Assembly (NCBI RefSeq): GCF_003704095.1
Contig: NW_020843860.1
Location: forward strand, 1-64,000
Direction: 5' to 3'
Origin: Pocillopora damicornis
Taxonomy: Eukaryota
Length of the DNA stretch: 64,000 nt
A program made the position numbers and the translations under genes. The notes beneath the pieces were generated by a model. That model saw nothing but the letters and a program-made list of their open reading frames with translations. It ran no database searches and had not been told where the DNA came from. Positions 11,041 to 25,300 of the stretch are shown one piece after another (within the stretch, counting starts at the first letter, position 1; each line of letters opens with the position of its first letter).

Positions 11041-13412
11041 GTAAGTCTAAACTTTGTGAAAATACTAATTTCTGACTCTGATACGGAGAATACGAAAGAT
11101 GCGAAAGTTTGAGCTTTTTGTTGGAGTAAGGAAAAATTGGTAACTGTCTCATCACGTTCATGGGACAGTACAGAGTAGAGTACAGAGTAGAGTACAGTTC
11201 TGAGTTCTCAACGAGGAATGGAACCTCAGACTTTGGAATCCTTACTCCGATTCTGTACTGACAGCTGACCTCCAAGGAGCTTTACTGTGAGTTAGGCTGT
11301 TATAAAAACACATAATTTGCCATCTTTCCAATCCTGGTTATCAATTGATATCAATTTAGTTGAGGAATACACTTATTATCTCCTGAAACATTGCTGATCC
11401 TAGCAGTACGCAGGGCGCCTGTCACGTAAAATGTAGCTCAGTAGTACAACATCGCAGCACGGAATCTAAAGGTCTGAGGTTTCGATTCCTCGTGGGAGAA
11501 CCAGATTTCTCTCCTTTGTTCCACGTTTGTGTGAAGACGAATACAGTCGAACCTGCATTAAGCGGTCGGTTGTCAAAGTCCCGAAATTTGTACTCCTTTA
11601 ATTACCGTAATTTTCACCTCTGTTAAACGGTCACCTCTATTAAGCGATCGTGGTTGCCCTTTACTGAGTCCCAACGGCCTGTTTGTATTTTACCCCGCCT
11701 GGACTGAGTCAGCATTTGAACTTTGAGTACTCAATGCTGGCATAAATTTGAGTTAAGATCTGAAAGCTTGAAAAGAAAGTATATTCAGCTTAACTCTTTC
11801 TGTCTTCCATTTGATGATTGAACGCTCCAAAAGGAAATGGGTAAAAATTATCCTCAACCGGCTTTTGAACAGAGAAATGTAGAAACCTAGATTAAAATTT
11901 AACCCTGGGTTAGCGCTAATCGGCCCTCCAAGAACTGGGCCCTGAAGTGTTAGCCAGCTTACTGTCCGCAAGGGAATTTTTCTCACGGTTTTCAAAAGAA
12001 GACCGCCTCAAATGCTGGCCCATCCACTAACAGGAATTTTGTCTCGTCCTTGTTGCAGGAATTGAGTCACTTGCAAATAGAAGAAATTGAGGGAAAAAAA
12101 AGGACAAAACATGCACAAAAATAACTTTGGAATTACGCGTGGACATTATCCTAGTGGAGTACAATAGCTAAGGAAATTGTCAGATATATCGCCATTCACC
12201 CTTGATCAAGCAGTGCCTTCATAGGTGAGTTTTAGCTTGGGGCTCTCGCTTGCTCTCCTCCTTTCATTGTTTAGTTGTTCATTACATAAATATCGTGTCT
12301 TAAATCTGGTACTTTTTAAACCACGTTTACGTCATACATAAGTATATCCGATTTCACAACTTACATCACAAAAAATAAAAATAAAAAAGGCAAATATGCA
12401 CTGTAAACATGCCTATTTGGATTTCGTCCGGTCATCTCATCAACTTGACCTGGGGGATAAAGCAGGTTCTTTTGCGCTAATTTCCATTGCATAATAGGTA
12501 GAGGTAGGATAGAATGCTTAATGTGTCAATCTAACTTGTGTGCACTTACCTTTTTGTCTTTTTATTTTCGCCATAGATCCTTACCATGACAGTAGAGCCG
12601 ACCTTTAACGTGACAATAAACAACTCAGATCAAATTGTTATCAAAGAAACCTCTGTGGCTCAAGATTCTTTAAGGCTTTGTGGTGCTGTTCACTGTTTTG
12701 GATGACAGTGCTCGATCCTATGAATGGAAATATTTCTGGAACAGCGATGAAACAGCTTAGAAATTCCCTTAAACTTGCAAACTCTTCAACCCTAGTTTAT
12801 TTCACCTGCATAGATTTCTCGGAGATATTTTCCATCGTATTCCGGCTATTCTTTTTTTGGCCTCGATTAAGCTGAAATTTAGTTTAAATGTCACTTCTGA
12901 AAATAAAAAAATCAAGAACATAAAATCATGTTTCTGTGACATGTGTGTTTCGTTAATTTTGCTTCCGCAGTATGCCTTCTCTCTTTGCTTTTTCTGATAG
13001 CAAATGGCGATTTTACTTAGTGCTTATTTCTTGCCGTTCACCTGCCTAGTCCCATCATCAATTTTGCTCGATCTGTACGATCGTGCCTCCAATATCATTG
13101 AGCCTGCTATTAGCTCATGTATCGCTTGCGGTCAGCAGCTACAAACTCGTCGTTTCTCCCCTTTCCTCCAATCTTGACTACACTCTAAGCTTCAGTGGTC
13201 GCAAAGCCTAGTTTTCGTGCCGTCGGATAACTCTCTCGGGGATTATATCTCAGGAGCAACAGAAGAGCGTTTTAAATTTGAGTCGGCTCTTTTGGTAAAA
13301 ATAATAATCATAACAAGCATCTTGGGAACGCCTAGGTTCAATTCCTCCCTACAAGACAAGGACAATGATTAAAAACAGGTTTTAACATCAATGTATCTTT
13401 CAAGTTGGTGGT
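11041..13412. repeat. Segmental duplicate (inverted) of ~14620-17180; third partial copy at 34194-35410
   Basis: Long reverse-complement matches, e.g. 13330-13412 vs 14620-14720 and 12541-12960 vs 15090-15480 and 34200-34620. Confidence 0.9.
12577..12608 (+). CDS. Putative short terminal exon after the GT exon ((D)PYHDSRADL*)
   Basis: Strong pyrimidine tract plus CATAG acceptor, phase 1 matching the GT-exon donor; conserved in the inverted copy at 15413-15444. Confidence 0.45.
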
Positions 13413-13512
13413 NNNNNNNNNNNNNNNNNNNNNNNNNNNNNNNNNNNNNNNNNNNNNNNNNNNNNNNNNNNNNNNNNNNNNNNNNNNNNNNNNNNNNNNN
13501 NNNNNNNNNNNN

Positions 13513-14197
13513 AGTTTTTCCCTTCTTTACCTTTTCCTGCGGTAAAGAGGTCTACATTGTCCAGCATAAATAGAACGGCATCTTTCTCACCTTTAAACTC
13601 TTCAACCTTCTCTAGAACTTTGGTAACAACATAATTTTGATCAACACGACCAACTGGGATTACTAGTTCGAGAGAATGCAGCATGTTGTAATAGATCGCT
13701 TTCATATCCTTTGCTTCTCGTAAATCAAAAACACGATAATTCCCTCGCCACTGTGAGCAAACTTCAATGGCAAGCTTTGTCTTTCCTACACCAGACGACC
13801 CAAACAAGTTTAGTACTCCGGTGTCTTTCGATTCCAGTTTTTTGTTAATTATTTTGATTTCTTCACTCCGTCCTTCTAACTCCTTCTCTGGATCACCTTT
13901 ACCCAAACGTGAGGCCTTGAAACGATCTATATCTTTCTTAATGAGCTTCTCCTGGTCAGATTTTGTAGCAACGAAGTCTTCGATTAGGTTAAGTTTGTTG
14001 TCAGACACATAGCCGTGCTTTTCAAGAAGTTGAAAACATTTCATCAGATCGTGACTATCCAGCAGATCAAATTTCCCTCCATAATTCTTTTTTAAAGTTT
14101 TCACGATACTTTCTGATTCTACAGCTTTAAATTTTGGAGAAATGTCTTTGAAAAGTTGTTGTAAACCTGGCACACTTTCGATACCAACTGCCGCCAT
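13513..14197 (-). CDS. NLR-like copy B, 5' part of exon 1 (DED-like + Walker A/B), truncated by gap
   Basis: ORF 13400..14218; MAAVGIES.., GSSGVGKT, FMLDNVD; runs into the 100-N gap. Confidence 0.9.
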
Positions 14198-17180
14198 CTT
14201 TGATAACTTTTTTTTCAACCACGATACTGCTGACCGCTCCGTATGTCCCCACGCGTGTACAGTGACAAGTCACGCGATCTCATCACGCATACCCCAAAAT
14301 TTAAGTAAGTACAACCATTCAGGCTCGGTAGGTCAATCTCTTTTGGTCTTTTAAACCTTGATTTATTCACCCATTTATTCCTTTTTTTTTTCTTTTTTGT
14401 AAACTTATATCATACATTTCACTTTTGTGCTACGATAACTAGGCCATCATTTACTTAGGAAAGATCTGAATAACATGGGACGCACCGTAACCAAAACTTC
14501 CTCTGGTCTGTTCGCGTGCGGCTTAGCACAAACTTTAAGCTTGCTCTAGCTTATTCATCTCAAACTGGGTGTAAAACTAACGTCGACTGCCTTTTTAATT
14601 CTTTTTTCTACTCTTTTAAACCATCAACTTGAAAGATACATTGATGTTAAAACCTGTTTTTAATCATTGTCCTGACTCCACTTCCTCTTATAGGGAGGAA
14701 TTGAACCGAGGCGTTCCCAAGATGCTTGTTATGATTATTATTTTTACCAAAAGAGCCGACTCAAATTTAAAACGCTCTTCTGTTGCTCCAGGGATATAAT
14801 CCCCGAGAGAGTTATCCGATGGCACGAAAACTAGGCTTTGCGACCACTGAAGCTTAGAGTGTAGTCAAGATTGGAGGAAAGGGGAGAAACTTCATTACAG
14901 GTAAGACGAGTTTGTAGCTGCTGGCCGCAAGCGATACATGAGCTAATAGCAGGCTCAATGATATTGGAGGCATGATCGTACAGATCGAGCACAAGTGATG
15001 GTGGGACTGGGCAGGTGAACGGCAAGAAATAAGCACTAGGCAAAATCGCCATTTGCTATCAGAAAAGGTAAAGAGAGAAAAATTAACGAAACACACATGT
15101 CATGGAAACATGATTTTATGTTCTTGATTTTTCTTATTTTCAGAAATGACATTTAAACTAAATTTCAGCTTAATCGAGGCCAAAAAAAAATAGCCGGAAT
15201 ACGATGGAAAATATCTCCGAGAAATCTATGCAGATGAAATAAACTAGGGTTGAAGAGTTTGCAAGTTTAAGGGAATTACGAAGCTGTTTCATCGCTGTTC
15301 CAGAAATATTTCCATTCATAGGGTCGAGCACTGTCATCCAAAAAGCCTTGACGAATTTTGAGCCACAGAGGTTTCTTTGATAACACTTTGATCTGAGTTG
15401 TTTATTGTCACGTTAAAGGTTGGCTCTACTGTCATGGTAAGGATCTATAGCGAAAATAAGAGGACAAAAAGCTAAGTGCACACAACTTAGATTGACACAT
15501 TAAGCATTATATCCTACCTCTACCAATTATGCAGTGAATATCACCGAAAAAGCACCTGCTTTATCTCCCAGGTCAAGTTGATGAGATGACCGGAACAAAT
15601 CCGAATAGGCATGTTTACAGCTAATCTTTGCCTTTTTTATTTCTATTTTTTGAGTGATACAAGCCGTGAAATCGGAAATACTTATGTATGACGCAGACGT
15701 GGTTAATAAGTACTAGATTTAAGACATGATATTGATGTAATGGACAACTATACAATCAAAGGAAGAGAGCAAACGAGAGCCCTACGTTAAAACTCACCTA
15801 TGAAGGTACTGCGGGAACGAGGGTAAACGGCAATATATCTGGTAATTTCCTTAGCTATTGTACTCTGCTAGGATAACGTCCACGCGTAATTCCAAAGTTA
15901 TTTTTGTGCGTGTTTTGGCCTTTTTTCCTCAGTTTCTTCTATTTGCAAGTAACTCAATTTCCTGCAACTAGGACAAGACAAAATTCCTTAGTTAGTGAAT
16001 GGACCAGCATTTGAGGCGGTCTTCTTTTGAAGACTGTGAGGAAAACTCCTATGTGCGGACAGGAAGCTGGCTAACACTTCAGGGCCCAGTTGTTCGAAGG
16101 CCGATTAGCGCTAACCAAGGGCTAAATTTTAATCTAGGTTTCTACATTTCTCTGTTCAAAAGCCGGTTGAGGATACTTTTCCCCATTTGTCTTTGGAGCA
16201 TTCAATCATCAATCATCATTGAAGACAGAAGCTTTCAGATCTTAACTCAAATTTATGCCAGCATTGAGCACTCAAAGTTCAAAGACTCGCTCAAAAATTC
16301 TACCAACATTGATTTCGGAAGATAAATAAGGATAAACTTATACGTGATAGATTATTCCTAATTTTATCTGAGTGGTCTCACTTTAAATGACCGTTCAGTC
16401 CAGGTTAGGTACAATACAAACAGGCCGTTGGGACTCAATAAAGGGTGACCACAACCGCTTAATACAGGTGAACGTTTTACAGAGGTGGAGTACAAATTTC
16501 GGGACTTTGACAACCGACCGCTTAATACAGGTTCGACTGTATTCGTCTTCACACAAGCGTGGAACAAAGGAGAGAAATCTGGTTCTCCCACGAGGAATTG
16601 AAACCCCAGACCTTTAGATTCCGTGCTGCGATGTTGTACTACTACTGAGCTACATTTTAAGGAACGAATCTTGTGAGTTAAGCCGTTACTTAAATGTTTT
16701 TACGTGACAGGCAACCTGCGTACTGCTAAGATCAGCAATGCTTGAAGAGATAATAAGTGTATTCCTCAACTAAATTGATATCAATCGATAACCAGGATCA
16801 GAAAGATGACAAATTATGTGTTTGGTGGTGGAATAGAGAGAGTTGTCACATATCAATTTGATAAAAGCCTAACTCACAGTAAAGCTCCTCGGAGCTCAGC
16901 TGTCAGTACAGAATCGGAGCAAGGATTCCAAAGTCTGAGGTTTTATTCCTCGTTGAGGACTCAGAACTGTACTCTTTGCCCCATGATCGTGATGAGACAG
17001 TTACCAATTTTTCCTTACTCCAACAAAAAGCTCAAACTTCCGCATCTTTCGTATTCTCCGTATCATGTGATGTTAATGTACTTGTAGTGGTGGAACACGT
17101 TTGATGTGGCCTCCAGCGGTACAAAAACACTCTTTCATAGTCCGAAATTAGTATTTTCACAACGTTTAGAATATTCTTAC

Positions 17181-17856
17181 CAGAACTTATATCCCACATC
17201 TTCTTCACGAGAATTTCACACTGTTTTTCCCNNNNNNNNNNNNNNNNNNNNNNNNNNNNNNNNNNNNNNNNNNNNNNNNNNNNNNNNNNNNNNNNNNNNN
17301 NNNNNNNNNNNNNNNNNNNNNNNNNNNNNNNNNNNNNNNNNNNNNNNNNNNNNNNNNNNNNNNNNNNNNNNNNNNNNNNNNNNNNNNNNNNNNNNNNNNN
17401 NNNNNNNNNNNNNNNNNNNNNNNNNNNNNNNNNNNNNNNNNNNNNNNNNNNNNNNNNNNNNNNNNNNNNNNNNNNNNNNNNNNNNNNNNNNNNNNNNNNN
17501 NNNNNNNNNNNNNNNNNNNNNNNNNNNNNNNNNNNNNNNNNNNNNNNNNNNNNNNNNNNNNNNNNNNNNNNNNNNNNNNNNNNNNNNNNNNNNNNNNNNN
17601 NNNNNNNNNNNNNNNNNNNNNNNNNNNNNNNNNNNNNNNNNNNNNNNNNNNNNNNNNNNNNNNNNNNNNNNNNNNNNNNNNNNNNNNNNNNNNNNNNNNN
17701 NNNNNNNNNNNNNNCAGGTGCACCCACAAAGATCAGGCGGTAAGTAGTGTCGCTCAGTTCGGCTATTGCCTTGGAAGCTATATCGTATCCCTTAACTTCA
17801 AGGTCCTCTCGATCACTCCGACCAAAGATTAACACCCTAAAGTTTTTATTGTCCAC
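17181..17856 (-). CDS. Second GT4 glycosyltransferase exon (partial, interrupted by gaps)
   Basis: VDNKNFRVLIFGRSDREDLEVKGYD.. and EKQCEILVKKMWDISSG| are nearly identical to the 9813-11040 exon; donor at 17181. Confidence 0.85.
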
Positions 17857-17957
17857 NNNNNNNNNNNNNNNNNNNNNNNNNNNNNNNNNNNNNNNNNNNN
17901 NNNNNNNNNNNNNNNNNNNNNNNNNNNNNNNNNNNNNNNNNNNNNNNNNNNNNNNNG

Positions 17958-20900
17958 GTCCCAAAAGGATGGATGATTTTGAAGTGGGTTCGCTAGAGAG
18001 GATTTCTTCAGAGAAACTAATTTTTCCTAAGGGATTGACTAATGTTAAACGAGAGCAGAAGGATAATTTAATGAGCATCACTAAAGGATTCCCTCTATTT
18101 CTAAAAGGACTAGGAGCTATTATGCGACAAGAACGAAAATCTCCAGAAGAACTTATTGCAGAAATTGTGCATGCTTTAAAAAAAATGAAAGTGGAGCTGG
18201 ATGTGAGTGGAAAGCTTGCTGGTTTTGATGAAGAAGGAGTGGATATCAATCAGATGTCAGCAGTCAGTTTAATGTTTGAGACACTTTCCACAGAAAGGTT
18301 AAAGTTATCTGCAGTAGTGGTTTCCTTGTTTCATGGGCCTTTCTCCGTGGCAACAGCTGCCAAAGTTCTTGATGTTGACCCCTCAGAGGCCACTGTTCAA
18401 CTAGAGGGTCTTGTAGCCAGCCAAATAATTTCTGTTGTTGATGAAGAAGCAAAAGAAAGGAAGTATGATATTCACCCTCTCTTATGGAAGTATGCTGACA
18501 GTATCAAGAATCATGAAGATTTTCTTGCTCCTTACATGGAGGCAAAAGCACGCTTTTATGAACTTTTTATGTCCAGGATGGAGAAAATTGCCAAACTGAT
18601 TGAGCCAGAATATGTCAGAGCATTCCACTTGTTTGAGAAAGACAGAGGAAACTATGAGTTTACTGTTGAGGTCTCCTTACAACCAGAGTATTTCATTGTT
18701 CGAGGTGAATTCCATGAGATTGCTTTGATTGCATCTCTTTTCACTGCAATGCTGAATCATAAAAAAATAATCAAGGTGTTTCATTCCTGGGCTGAGATGT
18801 GTGAAGATGATGGAAAAACAGGTGAGGGGCAGTGAAACTTTTCATGTGATATCGATATTGTCCAAATCTCATATTTAGCTTAACCTCATTGTCTGGGGAG
18901 ACATGGAAGATGTTTCTTTGAAACAGCTTACATGTAGTTTTAACTTATTGCAATAGTTACCTTATTTTATTATATGGCAAGATAGTCCTGAGGTAAATCT
19001 GAGTATTCTGATTGGATCTTAATTGGTTGAGATTTTGCCATATGGACCATTTCTTCAGAAACAGTTATAAGCCATGTATTTTTATTTGCAAAGGCATTAA
19101 ACTCAAAATAAAAAAGTTTGGTCCAAGTTCTGTATAATAAATTACCTACAGTACTGACCTTGCTTGCTTGCTTGAGCCATACTGGTCAACATTGTTCCCT
19201 GTCATTTAAGTACAGAAGGAGCTGTGCTCGGTCCATACCATCAATACTGGCCAATATACCTCAGTATGGCCCTTATGCTCAGTTAGTATGAATTTATTAT
19301 CTCTTTTGTAATTAGAGGCAGTATTATTCTCTCATGGGAATTCCTGTTATATAAACACCTTTCTATATATTTTTGCTTTTGTCTGAACCCCATCATCAGC
19401 TCTCCTGTCCATCATTAAATCCCATGTTCTTAAGTTTAGACATTTAGTTTATCATGTAACCTTGTGGCTTTCTGCCATCTATGATGATTAATGTAATGAC
19501 ACATGGCCGTTTAAACTGTTATTGCAGTTTGGCAATTGGAACAGTGGAGGAGGTCTATATGCAAGTAATTAAAATTTGACAGAGCCACTTTTGGATTACA
19601 TAATGTGCACAATTATCCCACCAAAATGTCAGACTTGACCTATCTGGAATAGCTAACTAGATTTTGGTGCTAAAGCTACGAGTCGCTGAAATTTGAGTGA
19701 CTACCTTATTTTATACCTTGCAAACCAAACTCGAGAAAAATCTTTAGTGAGGAGGCTATCCAGGTTCTGATGACCTTTAAGCTAATATATTGATTAAGGT
19801 GGCTCTGTCATGGCAATTGCAGATATTTTATGTCTCAGTCTTTTGTTACTTGTACTTTGCTGTTGATACAGTCAATTGGAATTTTTGTGTTGTGCAGCTC
19901 TGGGGTAATTTTGCCACTAATTTTTAAGCCAGCCTGCACTTTGCAATCAGTCAAGCTGAAATTATTCACCAATTTACTCCCAGAAGTCCTATTACCATCA
20001 CTTATGTAATTCCACACGGGAACTGGGGAGAAGCTACTTAGGAGGGGCTCTGAGGATAAGACAGATAACAAAAATAGTAAAAAAAGAAAGAAAAAAAGAA
20101 AGAAAGAAAGAAAAACAAAAAAAGTGAAATTTTTAAACCACTTCTTGGGGAACTGTTATTGAAAACAAAAAAAGATATGTCTTGTGATAATTAATTTACA
20201 CTTGGTCATTTATAGATACTGAGCACACTTCATCAGCAGTGATATCTGTTTATTAGTTTGATTCTTCATCTTTGTACAGGTTCTCTTTGCCGAGCGCAGT
20301 TAAAGTCCTGGGAAGCCAGGGAAGTTTCAGATGTTGATGGAACAGAGAGAGGATTTGAAACATTGAGGGAAGCTCTGAATTCACTGGAGAAAGTTGAAGA
20401 TCAAAGTAGTGAATCCTTTATGCTCACCAAGGGGCTTTACTTGCAAGCTGAAGGTGAAATCCTTTGGAGAAACAGAGACTATAAAAAAGCACTGGCAAGT
20501 CTGGAGTTGTCCTTAACTTTCTCTGAACCACTGCTAAAGGAGCATACTGATCTTGCAAGGTGCTACAATGCTATTGGAAACAGCTTTTTTCACCTGGACC
20601 AACCCAGGAAAGCACTTGAGTTCTATGAAAAAGCCTACAAAATGCAAGAGAAATTAGGATCAGAGAATCACTTTGACATGCCAATGTACAAGAATCAGAT
20701 TGGAACTGCGTATGAAGGCCTTAAAGATTATGGAAAGGCGGTTCAATGGTACAGAGATGCACTAAGTCTTTTGGAGGATCTTAAACTTTTAGGTGATTTG
20801 GACGAGGCACTCTTCTCAAGAAATCTTGCTAATGCACTCATGTTTCAAGACAAATATAAAGAGGCAATTGAACCTTCAGAGAGGGCTTACAACATAAGGA

Positions 20901-21913
20901 TGAAGCTTCTCGGAAATCACCCACAGACTGTGCGCAGCATTTTTCAACGAGGGGTCCTTCAGGCCAATCTTAAACACCCAAAAGAAGCTTTGAAGCTGTT
21001 TCTTGAAGCATGGGAGATGGAAAAGTCACTTGATGCAGGAAACCATAGTGAAGTGTGGCGAAAGATTATCACAGGTGTGGAAGATATGTGTGATTGGACA
21101 CTCAGTTTTCTACGGAAGAGGTCATTTAGGAAAGAGGCTTTCAAGTTTTGTCAACGTTTCTGGGAAGAACAGAAAGCTTCTCAACAATTCACTTTCAATA
21201 TGTTTAACAAAGGCATCGTTGATGCTCTGAATGATCTTGCTCATGACAAGAAAGACAAAGCTGTAGTACAAAAGGAACAGTTTTGGTTCTACGAGGCGAG
21301 GTGCAATGCCAACGAGAGAGAGTTTCAAGAGAAGTTTCATTCGGAAACTGATAATGATGCTCTCTGTGTCATGCTGAGTGAGAGGGAAAATCTCTTGGAT
21401 GACACAGTGGTGCTCTGTTCTCGACTTAAGGAACGCGAGAAGGTGAGGAAATACAAAATGGACAAGGTGGCTTTGTATAAAATGTGTCTGGTGAGAGCGG
21501 ATTTCCTTGGAAACAAAGAGGACAGGTCGGACAAAGCGTCATTGAAAATGAAGGTAGAAAATCTTTACAAAGAGACAGGACAAAAAGGAATGATCGCGAA
21601 ATTTCGAGAGACATTGTTGGATTTGTGGCAAAAGCAGTGGGAAGAAGGAAAAAGTAATGAAAAAACGGAGAAGATCGGCTTGGAAAGGGAGAGAACAATC
21701 GAGGGAATTCTCAATCTGTGCCTGGAACTCAAAAAAGTAAATATGTACAGACGGTATGGACAAGAAGCATTGAGCTTTTATGAGGAGATATGGGAGATAA
21801 AACATGCCAAGATGAAGGACCGTGAAATGAAGAAGTTTCTTCGTAAACTCAAGGAGTTAGCATCGTCCATTGAAGATTACACCAGCGAGAAGTTCTACAA
21901 AATTGCATTACAG
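17958..21913 (+). CDS. NLR-like copy C: 3' half of NB-ARC exon (17958-18821) + long TPR/helical exon (20280-21913)
   Basis: KGFPL, YDIHPLL, ..DDGKTG| donor at 18821; acceptor TACAG| at 20279/80; TPR ORF 20258..22045; donor CAG|GTAAGA at 21913. Confidence 0.88.
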
Positions 21914-22310
21914 GTAAGATCACGCTTATTTATCAACAAAAGTAAACGTCGAGCCTGTCTGTTATGCAAGCAGCTTTTTGTATCAGCTGTTCTCTCTTCA
22001 CTTTACACACATGACGTAACTCTTTTACTTCCAAGATCTTATTAGTGATTCTCCTTACTTTCTACCAAACAATTCTTATGATGTTATTTTGGATAATTTG
22101 GTTTTGGATCAACTTGTAATATCCTTATGGATATTTTTCTTAATTCTCACAACTTTTCTGCTTGGTATTGCATTGGTATTGTAAGGAGAACTTCTGTCTT
22201 GGTCACTCTTNNNNNNNNNNNNNNNNNNNNNNNNNNNNNNNNNNNNNNNNNNNNNNNNNNNNNNNNNNNNNNNNNNNNNNNNNNNNNNNNNNNNNNNNNN
22301 NNNNNNNNNN

Positions 22311-25300
22311 GGCTGAAGAGGAGGTGAACGCTGGGAGGGTTTCCATCTGAAAAGAGTCAGCGCAGTGTCTTCAGCAACAAAACCAGGTGGAAATACCAAG
22401 TGAGTTGCTGCCTTCCTCGCGTCCCAGTGGCCACCTTGTACTGTTACAATGTCTCTGTGAGATACAAGATAATAAATAAGTAATTTGTGGTAACCTTGTG
22501 ACTGAGATTTTTTTGATAGAATAGATGAGACTTTCGTTAAAAAAAGCACTTTTTCTCATGCAGTGGGAGGATTAGGAATGACGTCAGATAATCAAAATTG
22601 AACTGACGAACAATCGTAGAACAACTCTTCGTAAAGGGTGACGGGAAATGCCGAATTCTTCGATATTAGCATAAATCTACATTTGTTCTATCACAAATGC
22701 TGCAATCTGAATGGCTACGCTACTCGCTATTTCTTCCTTGATAGACAATGAGAAAAGTAAGTAAGATGCTTAACATTTTTAGGTTAGGAACAAAATAGAA
22801 TAAAATCATACACGAGCTTGCCTTGTTGTTAAGTTTCGGACGACTGCCCGACAACTTAGACTACTCGCGAAACCTAAGGAATGTGATTCTTAAAGTCAAG
22901 TTTCTTGAGTAAGTATCAGAAGAGCTGAATTTTTTCTTTTATTTTCTTCCCCAGAACCATAGCAAAAAGATAGACAGTGCTATTTCCAATTCAGTTCTTC
23001 GCTATTATAATCATTTCTAGCGGGTTCATTGCAGCAAAATACGGAGAATTCTCGACCATTCAGAGAGCACGTCTCCACGATCATCTTTGTAATTATTCGA
23101 AGCACGTAGTTTTGTTATTTACTTGAAGATGATGGTTCTGTCCTCAGTTTGAACATCTTCATCTGTGTCTTCTTGCCCCTCAGCTCCAACCTCACTCTCT
23201 TCTTCTGAACCAATTTCGATTTCCAATTCTTCTTCTTCTTCACTAACCTTCTCCTCTTCCATCGGTGTAGGAAAAGTCTGTGCGGCTATAAGAGAAGATA
23301 GAAAGGTCAAGAGAAGGCAACATGCTATAAGTAAAACTATGGAAACTAAAAAACCAGGCAAGAAGGAAGTCTAGATCTTTGGCAGCATGAACCGTCATAA
23401 TATTTCTCTTTCAGATGTTCGAGTTCACGAAAATTCAAAATTCTACATAATTTTAGTACCTCTTGGCCTTAATTTGGCTCCTGGATGTCTCCCAGTTTCA
23501 TTCAGCGCCTGGAAACAAAACACAACAGTTGAAGACAGAAGCTTAGAAACTACATGTATCTGAAATTTTAAGGAGAATTCGTGGACCTGTTTGCCGCGAT
23601 AAATCATGAATCAAAAAAGTTCAAGTTTACTAATATATCCCGATAAATGTACAAGCTCATATGTTTGTAATATCAGTGTCCAACAATGAGGATTTGTCGC
23701 CAGTGGTAACTACATCAAATCAGAACAGAAAACAGAGCGCAACAGAACAAACACATACATGAAATGAGAAGATTAGCCCTTTTCCTCCCAAGAGTGACCA
23801 AGACAGAAGTTCTCCTTACAATACCAATGCAATACCAAGCAGACAAGTGGTGAGATTAAAGAAAATATCCAAAAGGAAATTATAAGTTGATCCAAAACCA
23901 AATTATCCGAAATAACATCATAAGAATTGTTTGGTAGACAGTAAGGAGAATTACTGATGAGATCTTGGAAGTAAAAGAGTGGGCAAAGTGAAGAGAAAAC
24001 AGCTGATACAAAAAGCTGCTTGCATAAAAGACAAGGTCGACGTTTACTTTTGTTGATAAATAAGCGTGATCTTACCTGTAATGCATTTTTGTAAAATTTC
24101 TCGCTCGTGTAATCTTCAATGGACGATGCCAACTCTATGAGTTTACGAAGAAACTTCTTCATTTCACGGTCCTTCATCTCAGCATGTTTTATCTCCCATA
24201 TTTCCTCATAAAAGCTCAATGCTTCTTGTCCATACCGCCTGTACATGTTTACTTTTTTGAGCTCCCGGCACAAACTGAGAATTCCCTCGATTGTTCTCTC
24301 CCTCTCCAAGCCGATCTTCTCCGTTTCTTCATTACTTTTTCCTTCTTCCCACTGCTTTTGCCACGAATCCAACAATGTCTCCCGAAAATTCTGGATCATT
24401 CCTTCTTGTCCTGTCTCTTTGTAAAGTTCTTCTACCTTAATCTTCAATGACGCTTTGTCCAACTCATCCTCTTTGATTCCAAGGAAACCCACTCTCACCA
24501 GACACATTTTGTACAAAGCCACCTTGTCCATTTTGTGTTTCCTCACCTTCTCGTTTTCATCAAGCTGAGAAGAGAGCTCCACTGTCTCGTCCAAGAGATT
24601 TTCCCTCTCACTCAGCATGACACAGAGAGCATCATTATCAGTTTCCGAATAAAACTTCTCTTGAAACTCTTTCTCGTTGGCATTGCACCTCGCCTCGTAG
24701 AACCAAAACTGTTCCTTTTGCACTACGGCTTTGTCTTTCTTGTCATGAGCAAGATCATTCAGAGCATCAACGATGCCTTTGTTAAATATATTGAAAGTGA
24801 ATTGTTGAGAAGCTTTTTGTTCTTCCCAGAAACGTTGACAAAACTTGAAAGCCTCTTTCCTAAATGACCTCTTCCGTTTTCTTTTGTTTGTCCAGTCACA
24901 CATATCTTCCACACCTGTGATAATCTTTCGCCACACTTCACTATGGTTTCCTACACCAAGTGACTTTTCCATCTCCCACGCTTCAAGAAACAGCTTCAAA
25001 GCTTCTTTTGGATGTTCAAGATTTGCCTGGAGGACCCCTCGTTGAAAAATGCTGCGCACAGTCTGTGGGTGATTTCCGAGAAGCTTCATCCTTATGTTGT
25101 AAGCCCTCTCTGAAGGTTCAATTGCCTCTTTATATTTCTCTTGAAACATGAGTGCATTAGCAAGATTTCTTAAGAAGTGTGCCTCATCCCAGTAACCTGA
25201 AAGTTTAAGGTCCTCCAGGAGACTCAGTGCACCTCTGTAACATTGAACTGCCTTTTCATAATCTTCAAGGCCTTCATATGCAGTTCCAATCTGATTCTTG

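Noticed and set aside
17032-18249. 405-aa minus-strand ORF
   Set aside because: Chimera across N gaps: antisense of the copy C exon fused to GT fragments.
23773-24075. Hydrophobic C-terminal extensions of the TPR/NB-ARC ORFs (also 21914-22045 and 37429-37592) as transmembrane tails
   Set aside because: Read-through past conserved splice donors into intron and MITE sequence.
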